From IMG/VR virus record IMGVR_UViG_3300003690_000002, positions 1 to 64,000 of that record: 64,000 bases of DNA; one strand, given 5' to 3'. The DNA comes from a virus. Made by a program: the position numbers and the translations under genes. Shown piece after piece: positions 47,001-57,136 of this stretch. The notes beneath the pieces were generated by a model that was given only the letters and a program-made list of their open reading frames with translations, was not told where the DNA came from and searched no databases. Within the stretch, counting starts at the first letter, position 1. Every line of letters starts with the position of its first letter.

Positions 47001-50000
47001 GCTGTTAAAAACCCAAGTCTTGCATCTAATGGCCATCTGCTTTGTCTAGCAATAGTCAATCCTTGTGAGTTTGTTATACTAGCGGTTACTAAATCTGTTG
47101 CTCTTCCGTTTCCGGGGTTTTCATATGGTAATTCGACTCGTTGAGTACCATGTGTGGTGCCTCTATCTTTTCTCCAGAACGGCGCAACAAACATCTCTCG
47201 ACTTCTAGCTTTATTAAAATAAGTATATTTTTCTTTTGGATAGATTGTTTCTCGATATAATAATTTTCCAAACTTTTTAATTGGATTTGATTCTTTTGGC
47301 AATGTGATAAGATCGGGATCGTATAATGAAAGAAGCTTGTAGTATTTTTGATTTAGATTTGGTGAAGTAATGCCTAGCTTGTTATTTAATTCGCAGTTTA
47401 CAAATTTTACTAAATTATTAGCATAAGTGTGTCTAACTGACAGTGGTTGAAGCTTGCCATTCTCTGTCTCAATTACAAACGTTTGGCTAATTGGCTTAAA
47501 TTTTGATGTACAAACTGATTCTGAATAATGCGTAAAAGTATCACCTCTAATTGCTTTAGATGATGTAAGCACATTAGAGGACTTCCCCTTTCCATCGTGG
47601 GCAGATTTAATAATAAAAGTTTTTGTTTTTGGGGCGTCTTGTATTGATAAGATATTCTTTTTTCTGTGGAGACGTGCGACTGGATGCTCTCCAGTTCTAA
47701 TTTGCTTCCACGATGGATATCCATAGTTGCCTCCACGGTGGTGTAATAAACCGTTTAAACCACACATGCCTTCGTCGTAATTCACGTAATCTAAAGACAA
47801 TGAATAGCGAGGCTTTACCGCATCAGAAATTGATAAATAATAATTAGGTCCGATGGTAGTAGACGGTGAGTAAATGGTATGATTTCCCAGAATGCCGCTT
47901 ATATGACTAGCTGCGAGGCTGCGACCGTCAATTGAAGCTTCTGGCGGGTATCCAAGAGTGTTCTGAGATGCTGATATAGGCTCATGCATGACCAAATTCA
48001 TGCCGACAAAATCAACTTTTATTCTATGGTAATATGCGGCGCCGTATTGTAAGGCATTTGCCGTAAGCAATCGACTGCCCCCTTGACCCACTGCGGCCAC
48101 TTCGCTCTCACTAATGAATGTAATACTAGTCGATGCCCCGCCAGCATTGCTTCGATCAGGCTCTTCATAACCAAAAAATGGTAGATTCCCAGACATCGAA
48201 GCAGTAATCCATGCATATTGTTTGTCACTTCTTGGAATTTGATGTTGAACCCAATAATTATCATGGACCGTGGCAGTTAAATATGCCTCGCCACCGTAGA
48301 AAGGATCGCCAGAAAATATACTAGATCCAGTATGAGATCCAGAAAGCACTATCCGCTTTCTTGAATTTCTATTAGTTTTATAAAATGATGCGCTACTATG
48401 ATAAGTTGTTTCAGAAACGGATCCACTAGTGCCAGGAAAATATGTTTGATCAGCCAAGAAATAACTTGCTGAATTATGTTGGTCACTAAAATATCCAAAT
48501 TGTTTAACATGGTCTGTATATAATAGTCTAAGAGGTTCTCTGACTGTAAAGTTTCTATAATTTAGCATATTTTGTACAGCGTATTCTTCTGATTCAACAT
48601 CAAGATAACCTCTTGACATAACTTCCGGACCGCCAGGGGCAGAAAATCTTTCTACAAAAACAAACTTATTGGTTCCAGATACAGCCCGGTTAGGAAGTGT
48701 AAAATCGAAAACACCAGAAACGGCAGCAGATTCGACAATTTCTAAAGTAAAACCTTCATTTTTCACAAAAGCTCTATTGTTTGTTCTTCTTCCCGATGTA
48801 TGAAGTATCTCATAATCATGCATATAATTTCCAATTTGCGTCTCATATCTTACACCAGTTGAACCACTTGAACCTGTTGTTTGTCGAATATTTCTAATAT
48901 TCACTGGTCTTTTTGCAGTCCCATCTCTATAGAATGATGCTCTTGGAAGAGTAGAATCGAAACTTCCTATTGGATCACCCTCTCTAAAAGCGGGATTAAT
49001 TACGGAGATGTGATGATTAAGACCAATTCTAAATGCTTCGGGTCTATTATCTTTGGCATCCATTGCGCCGGAATTTATATTAATATGTCGATGTTGATTT
49101 CCTCCGACAAACTTTTCGGTAAATGGACCCTGCATTGGCGTTTCGTAGTCTGGTCCATATATGTCAGCGTGGATATTTGTTATATCATACGTAAACATAG
49201 GTCCGGTGGATGCAGTAGAAGGTTGGTAGCCATAATTGGTAAATCTCGATGACAAATAACTTGGCGAAATTGAAGAACTATGAATATTAAACGGATATAA
49301 AAGATCGCCCTTATATTTTTTATTGTCCTTATGTATTGTTGCTCCAAATCTGGCTTTTGTTTGATCATTTTTATACAAATCATAAGCATCAGTACAATCT
49401 TGAAATAATTCTAAATCTTGACCATATAATGGCGCTGCTGAACCCGTAAAAGAGCGACTAACTTGTGTATACAAAACTGGTTTCAATGAAGAGCTTCCAA
49501 ATCCTTGAAGCGTTTTATAAAAGTCCGGTTTCTTATTGTTAGAATAGTTAATACCGCCGTGTAAAACTTGTGTTTTTTTAACAAATAATTTGTATGGTTT
49601 GGAAAACTTTCTTAATGCGTATGAAGATCCTTCATAGTTATCAACATCATAAAAACTGCTCGATAGATTTGGACCACTCCTCGAAACTACAGTTGTAAAA
49701 GTTTTTAATATAGAGTTTTTATCAGCATCAATATTAGAATCTCCAGACGACAAGGAGGCATCACTTCGCTCTGCACGATCTTTCCACCAAAGACAATTAT
49801 TATATTGTGCTTGTTCGTCTGTTCCACCAGTTAAAGTTGCTGGTGATGATGACGCGCCGTTTTCAACCATAACCCCTATAATATCAGTAAACACAATGCC
49901 ATTGCCAGTTATACCTAGTTGAGTCGCGGTTATAGTTATCCGATTGGAAGTTCCTTCTGCGGCGGTAATCCCTGCGATGCCGTTAGTCACATCCCCGGCG

Positions 50001-53000
50001 CCTGATCCATACGCGACAGAATTGGAAGGCGAGGGAGTACCTCCAGCAATAGCAGTAACGAGGCGTGCGAGCAAGGCGGCGCCGGTTCCGGCTGTGCTAA
50101 CTTCTACTTGATTTGCGGTGGAGGACGAAGGTGTTCCAGCTACCAATTTAACTGTTATATCAACGCCAGTTCCGCCAGCAGCAGTGGGGACATTGACTTT
50201 AAATCTATCATTATTATTATTACCGGCTATTGTTAATAAATTAACTACTTCTGCTTTAATATCGCCGCTCGGTATCGGAGCATGCCCAAATTTCCAATTA
50301 TAGCGTGCGTCTTCTCCACCAAGTAAACTCGCTGCATCTGGCTCAGCGGTTTTCATCTCCAAAGTTGGGAATTTAGTCCAATATTTGTTTCTTTCCAAAA
50401 CATGGCTTTCAACAATCGTTCGAAGGTTTGGAGAAAAGTTTGCTGCGGCTGGGATAAGTTGTAATAACATATCTCCAATAGCAGAATCAACCCATTTATA
50501 GTAACTTACATACCTATCGATATCTGGGGTATTATCGATTCTTTCGAAAAATAATTGTCTTAATTTGGATAAATCTTTATATTCTTGACGATATCTGTTG
50601 ATAGGTTCGCCAATCAAATTATTAAAATCTTTAACTGAAGCAAAATATTTAATTACTTCATCAGAAATTGTTTGATACATGCTTTTTTCAAATGCAAAAA
50701 ATAAATTACCGGGTCGATGATCTTTTGTAAAAACTTTATCAATACTTAATTCAATATTGATCATGTCTTTGCTATTAAGTGTTTCTGGCAATTGGCTTTT
50801 TACGGAATGAACATACTCTCTTTCAATGGAACCACTATCGCTAGTGTAAAAGAAATTTCCTTTACCTGTGTGTTTATTTTTAATAATATTACCAAGCCAT
50901 GAATATCGACTTGATAATGTGGCTGAACCTGTGGCGGCATCTGGTACGAGAAATTGACCGTCTGAGTTTGATCCAGAAACGGTTTCGAAATCCCAATGAA
51001 GTGCCAATGTGTCTATTTTTGGAACATATATAGCTGTGGACCCTGTTGAAATGGTGTTTTGAAACAAATACGCATTTTTATAAGGATCTTCTGCTCCAAA
51101 ATTTAAAGCATCATGGGCGTGCAATTTGATGACATCATTCGATAAATAATCCATCCAATATCTTAATGAAGATATTTTAACATCTGTTCTCTGTAAAATT
51201 GTTCCTGTGAAGTTTGTTCTATGTGCACCAATATATAATCTTTTAGGGGTGGTCATAAAATTGATACCATTATCATATGACATGGTTCCAGTAACTAAAA
51301 ATTCTTCAGCAACAGTATCAGCCACTGCATTAACACCATAAAATTCTACAGTATATGTTTTGCTAAAAACAGCATCGCTTCCAGAAATAAAATCCACAAG
51401 AGGATAATTTGTTGGTTTGACACGAACTGCAAAATTCCATTTTTTATTAGTATACACACCTCTAAACACACTACTGGTAAGATCGGGAATAAAACCGCCT
51501 ATCGATCCAGTTAATCTAAAATAAGCATCCTCGCCGCTATATTGTTCAGTGGCACTATATGACCCTTGCGTAGCTTTTCTTACGGCATATACTTGAAAAT
51601 TTGCATAATCAGGCGCTACTACAGTTAGCCGCCCTGATGCTGTGTGTGCGGTGTGCATTCCAAATAGTGATGATGTATAATGTGGGTAATCAACATACAA
51701 ATCGCTGGCAGGTTCAAACTTTTTAGGAAACATAACTTCTGCTTCAACTGTTGCTGGGAAACCGGCTTCTTTTTTATTACCCCTGGAGGCAGAAATAAAT
51801 GCAACAGAACTAGGACTTTTACTAGAAGTTTGTTGATATACAGTTGCTTCGTATTTTAAATAAGTGCCCGGTGTAGATGCATTAAAATCTACATAATTTT
51901 TTCGTGCTAGAGTTGTTCTATAATTATCTTTAAGTTCATATGTGGCATTCTCACCATAAAGATTTAATTTAACAACATTCTCGTCGATTCCAAAACAATG
52001 TAATAAATTTCGAAACGCAGTCTCCGTTCCTTTTGATTTATAAATATGCGTTAAATTATTATAAATATTTTGATAAATTAAATTTTTAGTATCATGTAGT
52101 TTTTGTTCAAAAGCTTCAGTCTCACTGCGGGAACCAATATTCTCCAAAGTTTCTGCATCTGCAAACAAATCAGGCGTAATAAACCCTTTCGATTCCAAAA
52201 GTCGATGTGAAAAGGGAAGCGGTTTACGACTTCCTGTAGATGGATATGAAGTGTTTTTTAACTCTGTTAAGGATTCAATTTGTAAAAATAATGTGTCAAA
52301 GTAACTTGATAGAATCTGCGTTAATTGTAATAAAGTTCCGTCATCTTCTTCCGTTATCCATTGCGGAATCATATTATATAATCCTGCATTGTTTTCACGG
52401 TCGTAAAGCTCACCTATTTTCTTTTTTTCTACTAATAAATTATTAACTTCTGGATGTATTGAATATATAATTGGGTCTTTATATTCTTGAGTGGCAGCAT
52501 CAGCTTCAACAATTGCAGATGCTGTGTTCCTAGATCCAAGTACGTATCCAGTCCATGTTCCATTGGAAACTCTTCCAGAGTAATCTAAAACTGTCTTATC
52601 TTCTGTTTGTACACTAGAAGTATTGTTAATGCCTTCATTAAATTTATAATATATACCTAAATTAATATTTGCATCGATTGTATTTGTTCCACCTTGAACT
52701 TGCGTAAACCAATGCCTGCCGATATCCCTAGAAGTTCTTGGATTTTTCCAAAATCTAAATTCATCAATTGATGCAGATAGTTTACCCCATCCACGCGCTG
52801 GTGCATCTGCTGAATATCGGCGTTCTCCATCAGATGAGGCTGATGGCGAGGCAACAAGAGATCCGATTGTTGATACTATCGCTCCGCTAACATAGTTAAC
52901 ATTTGTTGAATCAGCAGTTATTTTATGATCATACTGTCCATCAATATATAATTTACAACTTACGTCACTTCCTGTGTTATGAAATACAAAAGCATAATGA

Positions 53001-53797
53001 TGCCATGTGTTTCCTGCAACGAACGTGGTAGTTGCGTTACTAGAACCGATGGATTGCTCTGCAAACCCTGATGTTCCAGACATATATGTAACAAGAAACG
53101 GTGTGGTTGTTAAACCACCAGTCATTTCAATTGTAAGCCTACCATAATTTGCACTAGAAGAATTGCTCGACGTAGTGTGCACATCAAAAATAACTTCTCT
53201 ACCAGTTTGATTTTCTGTATCAAAAGCCTTCTTTTTGAGCCAAAATTCAACTGTGTTTCCTAAATTAGGTCCTCCGCCGATTGCTAAATTTGATGTTCTC
53301 TGTTTTGAATCGTCCCAAATATTATTATTCGGAGAATCTGAATATTTTATATTCGTGCCTGCATTTGGACCACCATATGATAAAATATATTCATAAGATG
53401 CTGAAGCGGGGGCTGCATATCCATTTGATGATGTTCCTGCTAGTGTTCCCCAATCAGTAGGAGAAAATATCGCATATCCGTTTGTTGTTGGATATACATT
53501 GTTAAGAATATACAAATCTAAATATGAAGAACTATTAAACCACTGTGTGCGCTCAATGAGTGCACCATCGTAAGGGTACGTATTGTATATTCTTTTTATA
53601 CTATCTTCATAATATTTTTCTGCAGAGCCGAACTTAGTAAAATTTGATGCACTAGAAAAGTCTATATTTGGTAAAAACCTATCTTTATTGGTGTCGTGTA
53701 CGCCGATGAACGCCTCGCCCTCAATTTCAGATGTAAGATCTGCTCTATTTGTTTTAGAAAGAAGCTTATGTCCTTCGAAAAGTTTTTTAATTGCCAT
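44096..53797 (-). CDS. Giant baseplate wedge protein (gp7 / P2 gpI-like) with LamG-like domains
   Basis: 3233 aa; IYKSKGTETAFRNLLHCFGI resembles the gpI/gp7 KGT...LL..FG motif; LamG patterns TVEFWLK...WHHYAFVF...KLYIDGQ...IDEFRFWK and a second KWNFAVRV...LYIGA...ISSLRYW; downstream of gp25/gp6-like genes. Confidence 0.65.
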   Translation of the reverse strand: MAIKKLFEGHKLLSKTNRADLTSEIEGEAFIGVHDTNKDRFLPNIDFSSASNFTKFGSAEKYYEDSIKRIYNTYPYDGALIERTQWFNSSSYLDLYILNNVYPTTNGYAIFSPTDWGTLAGTSSNGYAAPASASYEYILSYGGPNAGTNIKYSDSPNNNIWDDSKQRTSNLAIGGGPNLGNTVEFWLKKKAFDTENQTGREVIFDVHTTSSNSSSANYGRLTIEMTGGLTTTPFLVTYMSGTSGFAEQSIGSSNATTTFVAGNTWHHYAFVFHNTGSDVSCKLYIDGQYDHKITADSTNVNYVSGAIVSTIGSLVASPSASSDGERRYSADAPARGWGKLSASIDEFRFWKNPRTSRDIGRHWFTQVQGGTNTIDANINLGIYYKFNEGINNTSSVQTEDKTVLDYSGRVSNGTWTGYVLGSRNTASAIVEADAATQEYKDPIIYSIHPEVNNLLVEKKKIGELYDRENNAGLYNMIPQWITEEDDGTLLQLTQILSSYFDTLFLQIESLTELKNTSYPSTGSRKPLPFSHRLLESKGFITPDLFADAETLENIGSRSETEAFEQKLHDTKNLIYQNIYNNLTHIYKSKGTETAFRNLLHCFGIDENVVKLNLYGENATYELKDNYRTTLARKNYVDFNASTPGTYLKYEATVYQQTSSKSPSSVAFISASRGNKKEAGFPATVEAEVMFPKKFEPASDLYVDYPHYTSSLFGMHTAHTASGRLTVVAPDYANFQVYAVRKATQGSYSATEQYSGEDAYFRLTGSIGGFIPDLTSSVFRGVYTNKKWNFAVRVKPTNYPLVDFISGSDAVFSKTYTVEFYGVNAVADTVAEEFLVTGTMSYDNGINFMTTPKRLYIGAHRTNFTGTILQRTDVKISSLRYWMDYLSNDVIKLHAHDALNFGAEDPYKNAYLFQNTISTGSTAIYVPKIDTLALHWDFETVSGSNSDGQFLVPDAATGSATLSSRYSWLGNIIKNKHTGKGNFFYTSDSGSIEREYVHSVKSQLPETLNSKDMINIELSIDKVFTKDHRPGNLFFAFEKSMYQTISDEVIKYFASVKDFNNLIGEPINRYRQEYKDLSKLRQLFFERIDNTPDIDRYVSYYKWVDSAIGDMLLQLIPAAANFSPNLRTIVESHVLERNKYWTKFPTLEMKTAEPDAASLLGGEDARYNWKFGHAPIPSGDIKAEVVNLLTIAGNNNNDRFKVNVPTAAGGTGVDITVKLVAGTPSSSTANQVEVSTAGTGAALLARLVTAIAGGTPSPSNSVAYGSGAGDVTNGIAGITAAEGTSNRITITATQLGITGNGIVFTDIIGVMVENGASSSPATLTGGTDEQAQYNNCLWWKDRAERSDASLSSGDSNIDADKNSILKTFTTVVSRSGPNLSSSFYDVDNYEGSSYALRKFSKPYKLFVKKTQVLHGGINYSNNKKPDFYKTLQGFGSSSLKPVLYTQVSRSFTGSAAPLYGQDLELFQDCTDAYDLYKNDQTKARFGATIHKDNKKYKGDLLYPFNIHSSSISPSYLSSRFTNYGYQPSTASTGPMFTYDITNIHADIYGPDYETPMQGPFTEKFVGGNQHRHININSGAMDAKDNRPEAFRIGLNHHISVINPAFREGDPIGSFDSTLPRASFYRDGTAKRPVNIRNIRQTTGSSGSTGVRYETQIGNYMHDYEILHTSGRRTNNRAFVKNEGFTLEIVESAAVSGVFDFTLPNRAVSGTNKFVFVERFSAPGGPEVMSRGYLDVESEEYAVQNMLNYRNFTVREPLRLLYTDHVKQFGYFSDQHNSASYFLADQTYFPGTSGSVSETTYHSSASFYKTNRNSRKRIVLSGSHTGSSIFSGDPFYGGEAYLTATVHDNYWVQHQIPRSDKQYAWITASMSGNLPFFGYEEPDRSNAGGASTSITFISESEVAAVGQGGSRLLTANALQYGAAYYHRIKVDFVGMNLVMHEPISASQNTLGYPPEASIDGRSLAASHISGILGNHTIYSPSTTIGPNYYLSISDAVKPRYSLSLDYVNYDEGMCGLNGLLHHRGGNYGYPSWKQIRTGEHPVARLHRKKNILSIQDAPKTKTFIIKSAHDGKGKSSNVLTSSKAIRGDTFTHYSESVCTSKFKPISQTFVIETENGKLQPLSVRHTYANNLVKFVNCELNNKLGITSPNLNQKYYKLLSLYDPDLITLPKESNPIKKFGKLLYRETIYPKEKYTYFNKARSREMFVAPFWRKDRGTTHGTQRVELPYENPGNGRATDLVTASITNSQGLTIARQSRWPLDARLGFLTASTDILSGGFTGAGELLNNYQVFSGNIGSDSDWQATPASKPYGALYARPIASTFGEVYTSQSARAEIFTNDTLWEAGAQAGKDPFPENYNTWADQMRRCGKDYTIIPEFRISEHMPFYINEHGGNFRAENPKFLSLTGSSISSSGEANFYTTYSNTEFLKYFDQINDDHVSVSDEPHYLGLQCKAYMKFLPYDGFYPALRTLQLATLFSESYGPTVELSGTQKSFRTALTPFFAPGILYNSIKSGMSVDYPVHTGSFVTTGSSRNDSYESDRGGVVVAGIPRIKTLPRYRMPFEAIIDPSKYGGILIVDAEPHPHAHIDSTASIKAAHNQLYTLGMHNFLAAVPDFFLAGGKLTTALSAPEKDPNYFNVVSGATYVMHVELSHGTIRNSEIVNGGGDGFSDYTPWRPSVALKNLEQRESNLIYNPPTIKMYERTASIDSYGSSFGPPYAVGSLLSDDIGPANSLTIQGTTSASYSSHTPPYYNGSSRLKFTLTITGALAKGAIGGPIEGMPDKPLRLTLTEIMNNCNIIPWRIKETKWMSHYWVQDNGTDVHNTFASPYAAHKGDPSPEMKPDSCLNFLQLSNEPSPTFDADGNITSVSSADNQRWAIQPKWECPILDFSGSIVTLPQYGTASIAKGMWHQYGQIPTGSNKGVFMDIIDPTDIGVYPNYKSLADLVGFDTKKSYKLGTVAEMKTVLEAVVAIPFVEEGVEKKFFTLDRAMIKEAIALNVGATKLEDIEEAKRPGVSIRHMVNSMKNYVFPPQFDFLTYPDINPIAMYLFNFGVKFTQKDLADMWQNLPPDMGMDPKTPFKTAHATVNHQLLANEFYKSTDGRVPSKLRWMVFKVKQRGKSNYYKLTSDSKDDAKFKFKFEQGGKTSTIEGELPYSYNWPYDYFSLVELVKIDARVTIPSTTEQVSPYESLSTVPKEAFTISTSPTEAQIASSKAAKIATSQLEDKKAVQDTLIKEDDE

Positions 53798-55314
53798 TAT
53801 TGTTCAACCCTAAATGAAAACAACTCCGACTGCTCGTGGTATGAATTATTAATATAATAAACAAATTTAATTCCATACTGATAATCTGGTTCTAATAGCT
53901 TCATATCTAAATCAAAATAATTTCCAGATACGTCAAAAGAAGTTTTTGTATAATTTGTGCTGCCAGAGCCATATTCTATAACATCTTTATCGTCAGAAAT
54001 TCTAATTATTTTATAATATGCATTATCAATTGTTGTTCCCGTTATAACCATTGTAGCTTTTGAATAAATTGTTGGGTTCCAATTTTTTTCTCTAATATAA
54101 AATCTAAATCTTGCATTTTCATCTTTATGATAGGTTGATTTAAGATTGGTGCACGCCGTAACAAATTTTGGGCTTGGATTATATCCAGAACCTAGTAAAA
54201 CGTCTGGAAAAATTGAACCACTATAATATTCTACACTAGCGCTATGCCAGACATCATTAAGTGTAATTAATGGGGTAGCTGTAGCAGTGATTGCCAACGA
54301 AGCAGAATAAGTTCCAGTTGTTACATATCCACCAGTAATATTTGTGTTACCATCATAAAGATATAATTTTGATCCAGATGGGGTTGTTGATCCAGAATAT
54401 AAACTAACTAATATCGTACCTGTATCCACACCCGGAATATTTTTCAATTGCCCTCTGACATAGTTATAAAGATATAAAGTATTTAAATTATCAGCTGCTG
54501 AAGCTAGTGAGCTACTATAGTAAAAATTACCCCTATCGTCTTGTGTCGAAGAATCCCATTGTGCCTCAATTACTGGTCGTTTATAAAAATACTCCGTTCC
54601 TTTTCCAAAAAATCTTTTTGTATAATAAGATCTTGATGCGCCTGTTACATTATGAAGAACATATTTGCTAGTACCTGATCCTGAGTTTTCTCCGGTGGAA
54701 CTTGAAAAATAAGCTTCATGACTAGCAGTTAATTTTATTAAAATGCCATAATTTGTTTTTGAACCCAGAACGTTTCCGGTGCTATTAACCCACTGTTCAA
54801 CCAATTGTGTAATATCAACTTCTAGATCTTCAGTTCCATTAAGAAATGACATTTCAAAAGATGAAGACGCATCAACATATACATCTGCTCCTGCCGTTAC
54901 CCACGATACGTTTTTTGAGGCTGTTAGCCAATTTGATAAATCTTCATCTTTATATGTTTCCATGTCTAGACCAAAGCCTTCACTCCAAGACGTCGAAACT
55001 GCGTTGACAGTTGCTTTAAAATCTTTAGGTAAAGTTAATGAATGTTCAGCATTATATAACTTTAAAATAAAATTAACGCTTCCGCTCGCTGGAATGGTAC
55101 TGCTAAGCCTATCTGTTGCAATATCAGCAGATGGGAATTGTATCAGAACTCTTGCCAATTCAGCAGAACTAGTATTTGCCTGTGCGTAAATTGAAAAAAT
55201 TTCCAAAGTATCGGAAGCGCCCATATTCGATCCTGTTCCCCGAGTAGATAAATTTGACTTATACGCATTTGTTATTGTATTGTCTTTGTTTGCTATATAT
55301 CTTTTAATAGCCAC
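53797..55314 (-). CDS. Baseplate-associated structural protein (DNRLRE/CBM96-like N-terminal region)
   Basis: ANKDNTIT...SNMGASDTLEI...ARVLIQF...WSEG.G...LEVDITQLVEQW...NYGILIK...RPVIEAQWD pattern; GTG start overlapping the upstream TAG. Confidence 0.5.
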   Translation of the reverse strand: MAIKRYIANKDNTITNAYKSNLSTRGTGSNMGASDTLEIFSIYAQANTSSAELARVLIQFPSADIATDRLSSTIPASGSVNFILKLYNAEHSLTLPKDFKATVNAVSTSWSEGFGLDMETYKDEDLSNWLTASKNVSWVTAGADVYVDASSSFEMSFLNGTEDLEVDITQLVEQWVNSTGNVLGSKTNYGILIKLTASHEAYFSSSTGENSGSGTSKYVLHNVTGASRSYYTKRFFGKGTEYFYKRPVIEAQWDSSTQDDRGNFYYSSSLASAADNLNTLYLYNYVRGQLKNIPGVDTGTILVSLYSGSTTPSGSKLYLYDGNTNITGGYVTTGTYSASLAITATATPLITLNDVWHSASVEYYSGSIFPDVLLGSGYNPSPKFVTACTNLKSTYHKDENARFRFYIREKNWNPTIYSKATMVITGTTIDNAYYKIIRISDDKDVIEYGSGSTNYTKTSFDVSGNYFDLDMKLLEPDYQYGIKFVYYINNSYHEQSELFSFRVEQ

Positions 55315-57116
55315 TATTTAATTGTTCCTTGTATATCAATGTTTGAAAATTTAAGTTCAATAACTGTATCATTTGGCACTATTAAATATCTTCCATCTTG
55401 GGATAAATTTTCTTCAATATCAAATGCCATATCTGAATAAGTTCCACCATATTTTCGTGTTATTTGAACCTTTATTGTATCAATAACTCCTGGAACCCTG
55501 TTTATTACTTGATATAGGTCTGTTAAAAAAACTGATTCACCTATATCAAATGGAGTTCTAAAATAATCGTTTATAGCATCCGATATACTGGTAAATATAC
55601 TTTGTTTCCCTGCTGTTTGGTCGCTTAAAACAACAAAGTTTATACCGATATTTAATATTCTTGTATCAAGTATGTCTATTGTATCATTAATCATTTTACG
55701 ATCATTAAGCCATATTTTTAGATTATTTTTTAGCACAGTATTTGATTCAACAAAATTACCGAATGCGTTTTCTGAAATTATATATAATTTTAAATTTCTT
55801 TTTGTTGAATCTGTATCTTGTACTATAGTACAACGCTTAATTGCCCCGAATTTTGTTGGCATCCTATAAACCAAAGCTACATAATCCTGAGCGGTGACTG
55901 CTCTATTTTGTGCAGCATGGACATTTAATATTCTTTGTTTCATCTCTTCGGCGGACATCAAAGTAACATTGCCGACAACAGGTTCTTCGTTTGTCACTTC
56001 CAAAGAACCGGCTACATCGCTTGTTTTAGATGTATCTAATACAGTATCAGTTGCAAATGAAAATCTTGGCTCAGAAACTGTTGTTACAGAATTGATAGCA
56101 GCATTAACATTAGTTGCTCTGTTCCTTCTATAAACAACCCTTAATGCTGTATTTGAGGGAGATACTCCTAATTTATCTGACGACAATAGATCTGATGGAT
56201 CAAACGACTCGTTAGAAAAATAGTTTTTTGCATGTCTTTGTAAAACTACATTTGCAGGATCATTAATGGTTTCACTATTTATTTCTGAGTCTGACCCGTG
56301 CCCAAATTGTAAAAATGTATTAGTTCTTGTTTGTTCAACAACAAATCTCCTTGGTACAGGCAACGGCTTCAATATTGACCCTGCTTGTTCTTTGGTGTTT
56401 GTATCGTAGTTTGTCACAGCTATATAAACAACATCCTGAGATAGATATTCTACTTCAAAGTATTCATGCCCCTCTGAGTCAACAACGGAAAGAACTTCAG
56501 AAACATTAGAAGAGCCTAGACTAATTCTTAAAAACTTTTGGAAATCACGAACAGTCACTATCTCAGTAACCAATTCTCCTGAAACGGCGTTTCCATATGC
56601 TTTAACTGCATAATGTGTTGGAGCTTGCGTTCCCGAGTCTACCCTAGCAACTATAGTTTCATTTGCTGTTTTTGAAAAATCAACATCTTCAATAAGCGTA
56701 TACATATTGCTTGGTGAAGCGAATCTGCTGCCAGCGGTTAATATTGGAATATAGTTTGTGTCTGGCGCTGTACCAAATGAATCTGCTGGTATTAAAATAT
56801 AAAATGCAAGTCTTCCATATGCTGTCATATTTTGAGAATATTTAAAGCCGATTTGTTTTCCTAATTGAATGATATTATCAAATTCATTTGCTGTATCTAA
56901 AAAATTTTCATTTGCTTGGAAATCTAAATAAAAAGATAGCATATCTCCAACATAAGAAACAAGATCTATCATTAATGATCCAAAAGAAGCTTCATTAAAA
57001 TCTTTATATGTGTCCGGGTAATATCTCTTTGTATAATTTAATAAATCGTTTTTTATGCTATTAAATTCTCTGTTTGTGTACTTAATAGCTTTTCGTGGTG
57101 ATACTCGGTCAACCAT
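55314..57116 (-). CDS. gp6: Baseplate wedge protein (T4 gp6 / P2 gpJ-like)
   Basis: YTNREFNSIKNDL...YPDTYKDFNEASFGSLMIDLVSYVGDMLSFYLDFQANENFLDTA; AQNRAVTAQDY. Confidence 0.88.
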   Translation of the reverse strand: MVDRVSPRKAIKYTNREFNSIKNDLLNYTKRYYPDTYKDFNEASFGSLMIDLVSYVGDMLSFYLDFQANENFLDTANEFDNIIQLGKQIGFKYSQNMTAYGRLAFYILIPADSFGTAPDTNYIPILTAGSRFASPSNMYTLIEDVDFSKTANETIVARVDSGTQAPTHYAVKAYGNAVSGELVTEIVTVRDFQKFLRISLGSSNVSEVLSVVDSEGHEYFEVEYLSQDVVYIAVTNYDTNTKEQAGSILKPLPVPRRFVVEQTRTNTFLQFGHGSDSEINSETINDPANVVLQRHAKNYFSNESFDPSDLLSSDKLGVSPSNTALRVVYRRNRATNVNAAINSVTTVSEPRFSFATDTVLDTSKTSDVAGSLEVTNEEPVVGNVTLMSAEEMKQRILNVHAAQNRAVTAQDYVALVYRMPTKFGAIKRCTIVQDTDSTKRNLKLYIISENAFGNFVESNTVLKNNLKIWLNDRKMINDTIDILDTRILNIGINFVVLSDQTAGKQSIFTSISDAINDYFRTPFDIGESVFLTDLYQVINRVPGVIDTIKVQITRKYGGTYSDMAFDIEENLSQDGRYLIVPNDTVIELKFSNIDIQGTIK

Positions 57117-57136
57117 ATTGTAAAAGCTCCTTTATA

